A DNA stretch of 64,000 bases from Beijerinckiaceae bacterium (GTDB taxonomy: Bacteria > Pseudomonadota > Alphaproteobacteria > Rhizobiales > Beijerinckiaceae), in the NCBI GenBank assembly GCA_036265935.1, contig DATAOB010000002.1:1055-65054 (forward strand), in the 5' to 3' direction. Positions within the stretch are counted from its first letter, which is position 1. Every line of letters begins with the position of its first letter. Position numbers and translations under genes: made by a program. Shown piece after piece: positions 56,242 through 64,000 of the stretch. Below the pieces are notes generated by a model that was not told the origin of the DNA, did not search any database, and was given only the letters and a program-made list of their open reading frames with translations.

Positions 56242-59200
56242 ATGCTGTCTGCGATCTTCGTCGATCGGCCGCGGCTCGCAATCGTCATCGCGGTGATCAC
56301 GACGATCGCCGGCGCGCTCGCCTTCATCGCGATGCCCGTCGCGCAATATCCCGATATCGTTCCGCCGCAGGTGTCGGTCACGACCATGTATCCCGGCGCG
56401 AACTCGGCGGTCGTCGACGCGACGGTTGCGCAACCGATCGAAGCGCAAGTTGTCGGCGTCGACAAGCTCATCTACATGAAAAGCACGAGCGGCGACGATG
56501 GCAGCTATACGCTGACCGCATCGTTCGAGCTTGGAACAAATCCCGACATCAACACCGTCAACGTCAATAACCGGGTGCAAACGGCATTGTCGCTGTTGCC
56601 GCCAGAGGTCCAGCGGCAAGGCATCAACGTCAAGAAAAAGTCGACGGCGATCTTGGCCTTCGTGACACTGTATTCGCCGAAGCATAGCCGCGATCCTCTG
56701 TTCCTATCGAATTACGTCACGATCAATCTTCTCGACCAGATCAAGAGCACGCCGGGCGTCGGCGATGCTTTTCTCTTCGCGGCGCAGGACTATTCGATGC
56801 GCGCGTGGGTGAAGACCGACCTGCTTACCGGCCTCAATCTCACGACCGGCGACATCATCAAGGCCATCGAATCGCAGAACATCCAGGCGGCGGTCGGGCG
56901 GGTCGGCGCACGGCCGATCTCGAGCGATCAACAGCTGCAACTCAACATTCAGACCAAAGGTCGTTTAAGCTCCGCGGAAGAGTTCCAGAACATCATCATC
57001 CGCACCAATCCCGACGGCTCGGTTCTACGTCTACGCGATGTCGCGCGCGTCGAGCTCGGCGCCTCCAATCTCGACCGAGATACCCGCTATAATGGCGAGG
57101 ATGCGGCGGCGGTCGTGGTCTACCAGTCGCCGGGCGGCAATGCTTTATCGACCGTCAAGGACATTCGCGCGAGGTTGTCGGAGCTGGAGAAACGCTTTCC
57201 GGAAGATCTCGCCTGGAAGATTACCTACGATCCAACAATTTTCGTGACCGACACAATGCATGAGGTGCAAAAGACGCTGATTGAAGCGTTCGTCCTGGTC
57301 GTGATCGTTGTTTTCCTGTTTCTCGGCAGCCTGCGCGCAACCCTGATCCCAACCCTGGCAGTTCCGGTTAGCCTGATCGGCACTTTCATCGCGCTCAAGG
57401 CTGTAGGCTATTCCGCAAATACCGTTTCGCTGCTAGCCATCGTGCTGGCGATCGGGATTGTCGTCGACGACGCTATCGTCGTCGTCGAAGCCGTGGAAAA
57501 GGTCATGGAAGACCACCCCGAACTGTCTCCGGGGGAGGCGACCAAAATCGCCATGGGGCAAATCACCGCGCCGGTCATCGCCATTACCTTTGTTCTGCTG
57601 TCGGTCTTCGTGCCCGTTGCCTTCATTCCCGGCATATCGGGGGAGTTGTTCCGGCAATTTGCCATCACCGTCGCCGTTGCAATGCTGCTTTCGGCGGTCA
57701 ACGCATTGACGCTTTCACCGGCGCTCTGCGGAGTGATGCTGAAAGCCCATCATGGGCCACGGCGTGGCATCATGGGCTACGTCATGCGCTCGATCGATTG
57801 GGTACGCGATCGATATGGCGCGGTCGTTGCGCGCCTTGTGAGGTTCTCGGTCATCGGGATCGCAATGGTTGCCGTCGCCGCTTTCGGAGTCGTTGGCCTC
57901 GCCAAGGTCACGCCGACGGGCTTCCTTCCCGAGGACGATCAAGGTGCAATTTTCGTTATCGTTCAGCTGCCTGGTGGCTCATCGATCGGGCGCACGTCGG
58001 ACGTGATGCGCCAAGCGGAAAGGATCGTGAAGGAGGATCCCGCGGTAGCCGAGTATACGTCGATCGTGGGACTGAACTTTATCGATAATTACTCACAACC
58101 CAATGCCGGCTTCATGGTCGTCACATTCAAGCCCTTCGAAAAACGTAAAGAGGATTCGCTTGGCGCCAAAGAGGTGATTACTCGTCTCAGAGGGAAATTT
58201 CGAGAAATTCAGGGAGGCACGGTCATACCGCTCGCACCGCCACCCATTGTCGGGCTCGGCACCGGCGGTGGATTTACCTATGTCCTGCAGGACCTGCGCG
58301 GCGCCGATCCCAAGGAGCTGGCGCAAGTCCAGCGCGGGCTCGTCGTGGCGGCAAATCAAGATACGAAACTGCGGGGCGTATTCAGCACGTTCTCGGCGAC
58401 AAATCCGTCCATCTATCTCGATATCGATCGCGACAAGGCGCAAATTCTCGGCGTCCAATTGAAGGACGTCTTCCAGGCGCTGCAAGCGTCGCTCGGCGGA
58501 TATTTCATCAACAACCTGAACCTCTTCGGTCGGACGTGGCAGGTCCAGGTTCAGGCGGAGGCTGCCGATCGCTCCAGCATCGACGACATTTATAGAATCA
58601 ACGTCCGCAACACCGAAGGGAAAATGATTCCGTTGCGGAGCTTGGCCGAGACACGCGTTGTCGTCGGTCCGCCCGCGCTCATCCGCTACAACAATCGGCG
58701 CGCGGTCACGATTCAAGGTGGTCCAGCTCCCGGCGTGTCCTCCGGACAAGCGCTGCAAGCGATGGAACAGGTCGCGGCAAAGACGCTGCCGCCGGGCTAT
58801 GCCGGCGAGTGGACGGACACCGCGTTCCAAGAAAAGCGGGCCGAGGGAAAGACAGCCATCATTCTCGGCTTCGCCGTCCTGTTCGCATATCTTTTCCTGA
58901 CGGGTCTCTACGAAAGCTGGACGATCCCCGTTCCAGTCCTCCTGTCAGTCACGGTCGGTATTCTTGGCTCTTTCGCGGCAATCGTTTTCAGCGGACTGAC
59001 GCTCGATCTTTATGGTCAGATCGGGATGGTCGTGCTGATCGGCCTTGCCGCCAAGAACGGCATTCTGATCGTCGAATTCTCGAAGGAAATGCGTGAACGC
59101 GGCATCCCGCTGCGCGAAGCCGGCATCGAGGGCGCGCGCCTGCGGTTCCGGCCCGTCATGATGACCTCGTTCGCGTTCATCCTCGGCCTCTATCCGCTGG

Positions 59201-59436
59201 TAGTTGCAAACGGCGCCTCCGAACTCGCGCGGCGTGGGGTCGGCACACCGGTGTTCGGGGGCATGATCCTGGCGTCCTTCGTCGGGATTTTCGCAATACC
59301 GCCGCTCTACGTGATGTTCCAAGGTATTCGCGAGCGGTTGCGGCCAGGCGCACGGCCCAAAGAACCCGCGCATGGCACGGACGTGAGCACGCCAGCAGGA
59401 GAAATCCATGCTTCTGCGCCGGCCGCGGCGGAATGA
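56242..59436 (+). CDS. RND multidrug efflux permease (AcrB/HAE1 family)
   Basis: Met46 of ORF 56107..59436 ([24 protein letters not shown]). ~1065 aa with 12 TM segments and two large loops. ATG lies 4 nt after the adaptor stop. Confidence 0.92.
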   Translation: MLSAIFVDRPRLAIVIAVITTIAGALAFIAMPVAQYPDIVPPQVSVTTMYPGANSAVVDATVAQPIEAQVVGVDKLIYMKSTSGDDGSYTLTASFELGTNPDINTVNVNNRVQTALSLLPPEVQRQGINVKKKSTAILAFVTLYSPKHSRDPLFLSNYVTINLLDQIKSTPGVGDAFLFAAQDYSMRAWVKTDLLTGLNLTTGDIIKAIESQNIQAAVGRVGARPISSDQQLQLNIQTKGRLSSAEEFQNIIIRTNPDGSVLRLRDVARVELGASNLDRDTRYNGEDAAAVVVYQSPGGNALSTVKDIRARLSELEKRFPEDLAWKITYDPTIFVTDTMHEVQKTLIEAFVLVVIVVFLFLGSLRATLIPTLAVPVSLIGTFIALKAVGYSANTVSLLAIVLAIGIVVDDAIVVVEAVEKVMEDHPELSPGEATKIAMGQITAPVIAITFVLLSVFVPVAFIPGISGELFRQFAITVAVAMLLSAVNALTLSPALCGVMLKAHHGPRRGIMGYVMRSIDWVRDRYGAVVARLVRFSVIGIAMVAVAAFGVVGLAKVTPTGFLPEDDQGAIFVIVQLPGGSSIGRTSDVMRQAERIVKEDPAVAEYTSIVGLNFIDNYSQPNAGFMVVTFKPFEKRKEDSLGAKEVITRLRGKFREIQGGTVIPLAPPPIVGLGTGGGFTYVLQDLRGADPKELAQVQRGLVVAANQDTKLRGVFSTFSATNPSIYLDIDRDKAQILGVQLKDVFQALQASLGGYFINNLNLFGRTWQVQVQAEAADRSSIDDIYRINVRNTEGKMIPLRSLAETRVVVGPPALIRYNNRRAVTIQGGPAPGVSSGQALQAMEQVAAKTLPPGYAGEWTDTAFQEKRAEGKTAIILGFAVLFAYLFLTGLYESWTIPVPVLLSVTVGILGSFAAIVFSGLTLDLYGQIGMVVLIGLAAKNGILIVEFSKEMRERGIPLREAGIEGARLRFRPVMMTSFAFILGLYPLVVANGASELARRGVGTPVFGGMILASFVGIFAIPPLYVMFQGIRERLRPGARPKEPAHGTDVSTPAGEIHASAPAAAE

Positions 59437-59471
59437 AGACGATGGAGCCGGCCTTCGCACGCGCAGGAGAG

Positions 59472-60803
59472 CTATGCGACCCCGCCATGGTCCACTGAAC
59501 TGGGCGCCTTCTGCGAGCCTGTGAGTTGATTGTAGCGATCACGCAACAGGCGATCCAAGTGAGCCACCGCAATCGCAATAGCACCCATGTTCTGTTCGCT
59601 TCCCCTGCCCTCGACCGCGTCCATCGATACCCGTTCAACGGCCGCATTGATTCGGCTGCGGATTGAATCGAGCTCCTCGGCCGAACCGGCGTTATCGATG
59701 GCCTGAATGACCTCAGGAACCTTTGCCAGAAGCGGCGGCTCCCGCATTATCCTCGATATTCCGAGGAAGCGCAGAACCGCCATCGCGACCGAGGCGAGCG
59801 CGCCGAAAATAATCGGTCCGATGTAGACCCAGTCGCCGTATTTTTCGACGAAGGTCTGCTCCTCACCGTCGTAATAGACCTTCGCTCCTGGATGCACCGG
59901 AATGGCTGCATCCTTGTCCGTACTCGCCGCCTTCACGAAAGAAGCCAAAGCGGACTCCGCCACCATCTTCTGGCGGTCTTCGAAAAGCGAACGGGTCAAT
60001 TGTGTGATCTGTTCCGCCGGTACATTGCGGTCGGCGATGAGGTCCGTCGCCACTTCCAGCGTGGTGACGTCCTCGGGTGGAAGCAGCGGCGAGCCGCCGA
60101 ATTGGCCGGAGCTGATCTCGCCCTCCTCATAAGCGGGTGCGGAGGCAGCAATAGCCTCAGCTTCCTCGATGGGAATGAAACGAAACGACATGCCGCTTGC
60201 TTTTCGGACGGCGTGCCAGGCATCCGCGACCTTGCTGCTTCGCACGATGGGTACGACAAACAGCAGCGCGCTGACCTTCTGATCGCGAAGGGCTGCTGCG
60301 ACGCCGCCGGCCGATTGCTGCACGTCAACGGTTTGCAGGCTAGTGCGATATTGCCGCCGCAGAGTGTCGAGGAGGGCGCTATTGGCCTCCGGCGGGCCGA
60401 TGATCCCGATCGATCGCCCGTTCAAGTCGGTAAACTCCATCGCGCCGGATCGGGTGGTCGCGAGAATGACCACAGGATCGCTGTGGAGTCTGGCAACTGC
60501 TCTCGCAGAATCGCCGACCTTGATGTCGGTTCTTGTGATCGCAAGCTGAACTTCCCCGCGTGTAAGCTTTGTGATGGACTCAATCGGCCCGCCGGTGTGA
60601 ACAATGGAAAGGCGCACCGGCGATTTGTCGGCGGCCAGGAGCCGGGAGAAAGCTTCGGCCAATTGCGCATCGTCAAAGCCGGGCGGGCCGACCGCCAGAG
60701 ACAACATGGCGGGCCGGGTCGCCCACCGCCACGACCAACCGGTCAGCGCCGCGCAAACGCAAATGGCTGCCCCGACTATTGCCCATCGCCAGAATCGGGT
60801 CAT
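59472..60803 (-). CDS. TAXI-family (NMT1_3-like) solute-binding domain protein anchored by N- and C-terminal TM helices
   Basis: 443-aa ORF. N-terminal TM, then a binding-protein-like domain ending IPVHPGAKVYYDGEE (as in TAXI receptors), then TM WVYIGPIIFGALASVAMAVL and a ~95-aa cytoplasmic tail. Confidence 0.6.
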   Translation of the reverse strand: MTRFWRWAIVGAAICVCAALTGWSWRWATRPAMLSLAVGPPGFDDAQLAEAFSRLLAADKSPVRLSIVHTGGPIESITKLTRGEVQLAITRTDIKVGDSARAVARLHSDPVVILATTRSGAMEFTDLNGRSIGIIGPPEANSALLDTLRRQYRTSLQTVDVQQSAGGVAAALRDQKVSALLFVVPIVRSSKVADAWHAVRKASGMSFRFIPIEEAEAIAASAPAYEEGEISSGQFGGSPLLPPEDVTTLEVATDLIADRNVPAEQITQLTRSLFEDRQKMVAESALASFVKAASTDKDAAIPVHPGAKVYYDGEEQTFVEKYGDWVYIGPIIFGALASVAMAVLRFLGISRIMREPPLLAKVPEVIQAIDNAGSAEELDSIRSRINAAVERVSMDAVEGRGSEQNMGAIAIAVAHLDRLLRDRYNQLTGSQKAPSSVDHGGVA

Positions 60804-60876
60804 GCCCTCAAGCCTGTATTACCGGCCTCGAAACGATAACCGAGTTTCGGTTGCCCGTCTCGCCGCATCGAGCACG

Positions 60877-61398
60877 TCAGGACAGCTGCATAATGATATG
60901 GACCACGCGCGGCTCGCGCTTCGTGGTAACCTGCAACCCACTTTGATAAAACACCTTCAACATGGCGGCATTCTCCGGCAAGACCTCGGCGATTAATTGC
61001 TTGAGACCAGCCTGCCGAGCAACAATGATAAGGTGATGCAGCAGCGCCGCGCCGATTCCTTGGCCCTGATATTGATCGGCGACCACGAAAGCGACTTCTG
61101 CCTTCGAAGTCCCTGATACGACGTAACGGGCGCCTCCGGCGATGACGGGCTGCCCGTCTTCTTCGAGAATCGCAACTAAGGCGACATGTGCGATGAAATC
61201 GACGTCTAGGTAATGCTCAATTTCCTGCTCGCTGAAATGGCGCTTTGCGCCGAAAAACCGGCGATACAGGGAGGCATCGCTGGTCCGCTCGACCGCCGCC
61301 ATGAAGTTGGCCCGATCGTCGGCTCGAAGCGCCCGGATTTGTGTGTTTCGTCCATTGCGCAGCGGCGCGATCGCGGAATATCTGGCTGGATCGGCCAC
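60877..61398 (-). CDS. GNAT family N-acetyltransferase (Pat-type GNAT domain only)
   Basis: 173-aa ORF with the acetyl-CoA-binding motif QGQGIGAALL, and SLYRRFFG as in the C-terminal GNAT of Pat-like protein acetyltransferases. Confidence 0.7.
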   Translation of the reverse strand: MADPARYSAIAPLRNGRNTQIRALRADDRANFMAAVERTSDASLYRRFFGAKRHFSEQEIEHYLDVDFIAHVALVAILEEDGQPVIAGGARYVVSGTSKAEVAFVVADQYQGQGIGAALLHHLIIVARQAGLKQLIAEVLPENAAMLKVFYQSGLQVTTKREPRVVHIIMQLS

Positions 61399-61430
61399 GG
61401 ATCAACTCCTCCATCGCGGCGCCGAGGTGG

Positions 61431-63080
61431 TCACATTTCCAGTTCCTTGAAACGCTCGATCGCCGTGCGCGCATTGAACAGCAATCGCTCCCGCCCGAGC
61501 TGCTTATCCAACCCGGAGCGGCGCACCATCTCCAACACGCCGGGATTGAGCCCTGCGAGCCAAACGTTGGCGCCTCTCTCCCTCGCGCGCTTGTCGCCAT
61601 CGATGATCATCTGCAGCGCCGAATACTCAATATCAGGCACGCGACTGAAATCCAACACGACCACTCGCGGCTCGTACTGTGCCTGAAGGGCGGCGATCTG
61701 GTCCGCAACTATTTGCGCATTAAGGAAATAAAGACGCCCCTCTGGACGCACGATCAGGAGTCCTTCTATCGTTTCGTCTTCGGGATGATCCGGCGAGAGC
61801 GGCCGCAAGACGTCAACCCCGCGCTTGCGCCCAATAATGGATACACGCGGATTGGCCGTCTGGCTGGCGAGACCGATGAGAGACAGGATGATGGCAAACA
61901 CTATGCCCTGCAGGGTGCCGAACGCAAGCACGCAGACAGTGGCCGCAACAGCCCACCAAAACTCCATCCTGCGCACGCGATAGATCGCGGCAAACTCCGC
62001 CGGTTGAATGAGACCGACGGAATAGACGATGACGATCGCTGCCAAAGTGGCATTCGGGAGGAGCCCGAGGATCGGCGCGAGCAACAACATCGTCGCGAAA
62101 GCGGCAGCCGCCGTTACTAGGGTCGCTTTCTGGGAGCGGCCGCCCGCCGCACGCACGACGCTTGTTTGTGAGGTGCCGCCGCCCGCAGGCATTGCGCCCA
62201 GCAGCGCGCCGCCGATATTGGCGGCGCCGGTGGCGATCAATTCGCGGTTCGCGTTGATGGACGGTTCGCCGCGGCGAATGAAAGCGCGCGCAGCGGCGAC
62301 GCTCTCGGTGAAACTCATCAGCCCCAGTCCTAGCGCGCCCGGCAGCAGTGCCCAGACGAGATGAACGTCAGGCAAGGTGAGCGATGGCAGTCCTTGCGGA
62401 ATATGGCCGACGGTGGAGACGCCCCGCGCAGGAATGTCAAGAAACCAGGATACGCCGATGGCGCTTCCAACGATGACAAGTGGGGCAGGAGCATGCGGTA
62501 GCAGAACTTCCATTGCAATGAGCGCGGCCAGCGTCGCCGATGCGACCGCAAGCGTCGGCAGGGACGTCTCGGGAATGTGCTGAACCAGGCTGAGGGCGTC
62601 CTCGAAGAACGACTGCTTCGTGACGTGCAATCCGAGCAACTTTGGCGCCTGATCTAGTAGAATGACGAAGCCGATCCCCGTCTTGAAGCCCGTCAACACC
62701 GGCACGGAAATGAAATTCGCGGCGAAACCGAGACGCAGGAGCCTAGCTACGAGCAGTAACGCGCCGACGACAAGCGTGAGTGTCGCCGTCGCCGCGATGA
62801 GCTTCCCCGGATCCTTATCCGGCACGATTAGGTCGAGTTCGGCGCCAGTCAGAATTGCCAGTGTGGCGGTCGAGGTGACGCTGAGCACGCGTGAAGAGCC
62901 GATTAGCGCATAAATGATTGCGGGCGTGAACGCGGTGTAGAGGCCCACAGCCACCGGCAGGCCGGCGACTGTCGCATAGGCCATTGCCTTGGGCAGCACC
63001 ACGGCCGCGGCCGTGAGCCCAGCGACGACGTCAAATCGGGCCTCGTTGCTCCCTGGCCCCCCGTCTGTCGAAATCGCCAA
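61431..63080 (-). CDS. SulP family anion transporter with a C-terminal STAS domain
   Basis: 549-aa ORF with a SulP core (GLYTAFTPAIIYALIGSSR) and a STAS tail (VVVLDFSRVPDIEYSALQMI). Confidence 0.88.
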   Translation of the reverse strand: MAISTDGGPGSNEARFDVVAGLTAAAVVLPKAMAYATVAGLPVAVGLYTAFTPAIIYALIGSSRVLSVTSTATLAILTGAELDLIVPDKDPGKLIAATATLTLVVGALLLVARLLRLGFAANFISVPVLTGFKTGIGFVILLDQAPKLLGLHVTKQSFFEDALSLVQHIPETSLPTLAVASATLAALIAMEVLLPHAPAPLVIVGSAIGVSWFLDIPARGVSTVGHIPQGLPSLTLPDVHLVWALLPGALGLGLMSFTESVAAARAFIRRGEPSINANRELIATGAANIGGALLGAMPAGGGTSQTSVVRAAGGRSQKATLVTAAAAFATMLLLAPILGLLPNATLAAIVIVYSVGLIQPAEFAAIYRVRRMEFWWAVAATVCVLAFGTLQGIVFAIILSLIGLASQTANPRVSIIGRKRGVDVLRPLSPDHPEDETIEGLLIVRPEGRLYFLNAQIVADQIAALQAQYEPRVVVLDFSRVPDIEYSALQMIIDGDKRARERGANVWLAGLNPGVLEMVRRSGLDKQLGRERLLFNARTAIERFKELEM

Positions 63081-63153
63081 TTGTCGCCTTCATCGTCCGA
63101 CGCGGTCCCGTATGCTACACTATCCTCCAGACATTGCACTGGGAGGGTGGAGG

Positions 63154-63864
63154 ATGAGCCAGCCCGCGCTTGCCGCTTTTGCGCCGACACCATTCTTGCG
63201 CCATGCATTCCAGTGGTGGCTTGCGCAGCTGAAACATGTGCTGCCGCCCACGGTCTTTTTCTTCGTCGGGTTCAACCTGATCTTATGGACGAAGCGGCTG
63301 ATCCTGGAAGAGCACGGCGTCGAGTTCAGCGGCTTTTTGACCGCAACATTAGCGGCATTGCTGGTTGGAAAAGCGGTCCTCGTCACAGACAATCTGCCCT
63401 TCATGCGCCGTTTCGACGGGGCACCGATCATCCAACCGATCTTGTTCAAGAGCGCAATTTATTGGCTATGTGTTTTCATCGTGCGAATAGCCGAGGGACT
63501 CGTTCATTTCCTCTGGGACGGCGGCTCGCTAACCGATTTTCCCACCTACCTCATCGGGCATTTTTCCTGGTCGCGATTCTTATCGATTCAGATCTGGTTG
63601 ATGGTGTTATTCTTGATCTATGTCACCGCACACGAACTGAATACGCTTTTCGGCGACGGTGAGCTCAATCGCCTCTTCTTCCGATGGCGAGCATCCGAGG
63701 CGAAGCTAACCCGCCGTCACCGCATTCGGCTGCTCACGCGGCTCAATCGATTGACCGAGGCCAATCCGATCGAGGCGTTTACTGAGCGGGGCTCGCCGGC
63801 GCACGTCGAGCTAGTCGATATCCTCCACCAGCTCGCTTCGCCGCTCCTCCCGGTGCGCACTTAG
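63154..63864 (+). CDS. hypothetical integral membrane protein (236 aa)
   Basis: Met56 of ORF 62989..63864, purine-rich upstream (GGGAGGGTGGAGG). About 5 hydrophobic segments. No family recognised. Confidence 0.5.
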   Translation: MSQPALAAFAPTPFLRHAFQWWLAQLKHVLPPTVFFFVGFNLILWTKRLILEEHGVEFSGFLTATLAALLVGKAVLVTDNLPFMRRFDGAPIIQPILFKSAIYWLCVFIVRIAEGLVHFLWDGGSLTDFPTYLIGHFSWSRFLSIQIWLMVLFLIYVTAHELNTLFGDGELNRLFFRWRASEAKLTRRHRIRLLTRLNRLTEANPIEAFTERGSPAHVELVDILHQLASPLLPVRT

Positions 63865-64000
63865 TCACCGCCCGTTCCTCCCTGGGCATCTCTCTGAGCC
63901 GAAAGCCTTTGAAATTCTGCGACTACGGCCGCGATCAAAACGGCCGATAGTACATAGCCGGTCAGCACCTCGATGCTCGCAACCACTCTGCCGAAACCCG
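63861..64000 (-). CDS. C-terminal end of a membrane protein, possibly an ion channel; gene continues past the window end
   Basis: Reverse translation reads GFGRVVASIEVLTGYVLSAVLIAAVVAEFQRLSAQRDAQGGTGGD-stop. Its TAA (63861-63863) interlocks with the TAG of the convergent gene. Too short to classify. Confidence 0.3.
   Translation of the reverse strand, partial: GFGRVVASIEVLTGYVLSAVLIAAVVAEFQRLSAQRDAQGGTGGD

Overview
This is a high-GC chromosomal window. Gene content (ccm, rfb/rml, ispE, DUF992, DUF2125, rpsT-dnaA) points to an alphaproteobacterium, probably Rhizobiales-like; that placement is inference. Coding density is high, and many long shadow ORFs in the six-frame track are GC artefacts. 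Layout: 1-17.9 kb holds housekeeping genes (ccmBA, acnA-leuB, rfbCBDA, ispE, TPR protein, SleB-like hydrolase, DUF992, meaB, yjbQ-like, cysK, crotonase, DapA-like). 18.1-20.8 kb holds rpsT, a 930-bp spacer and dnaA. 21.3-27.0 kb holds DUF2125, an FAD monooxygenase, an MFS transporter, rlmB and tRNA-Tyr. 27.3-42.1 kb is an accessory catabolic block: a DUF35/thiolase/acyl-CoA dehydrogenase module, transcribed divergently from a Rieske alpha/beta - PdxA-like dehydrogenase - reductase - MFS operon whose order matches terephthalate tphA2A3BA1, followed by an acyl-CoA ligase with a Liv-type ABC importer. 42.2-45.9 kb is a 1230-aa AsmA-like protein. 47.3-50.3 kb is an acetoacetate decarboxylase - hydroxyacyl dehydrogenase - family III CoA-transferase operon. 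50.3-55.0 kb is a same-strand run: a frameshifted alpha/beta hydrolase, a Tat-exported intradiol dioxygenase, PsiF-like and HdeA-like genes, an unknown gene, PPK2 and a tiny secreted protein. 55.1-59.4 kb is an RND pair. 59.5-63.1 kb is a SulP/STAS - GNAT - membrane-anchored TAXI-like cluster. I saw no CRISPR array, IS element, integrase, prophage, recognisable defence system or dedicated transcription factor other than DnaA. The most interesting items are the tph-like operon with its CoA-dependent neighbours, and the rpsT-dnaA spacer, which carries a perfect CtrA box and a dense GANTC cluster. All family calls rest on motifs and my recall of the families, not on database searches.
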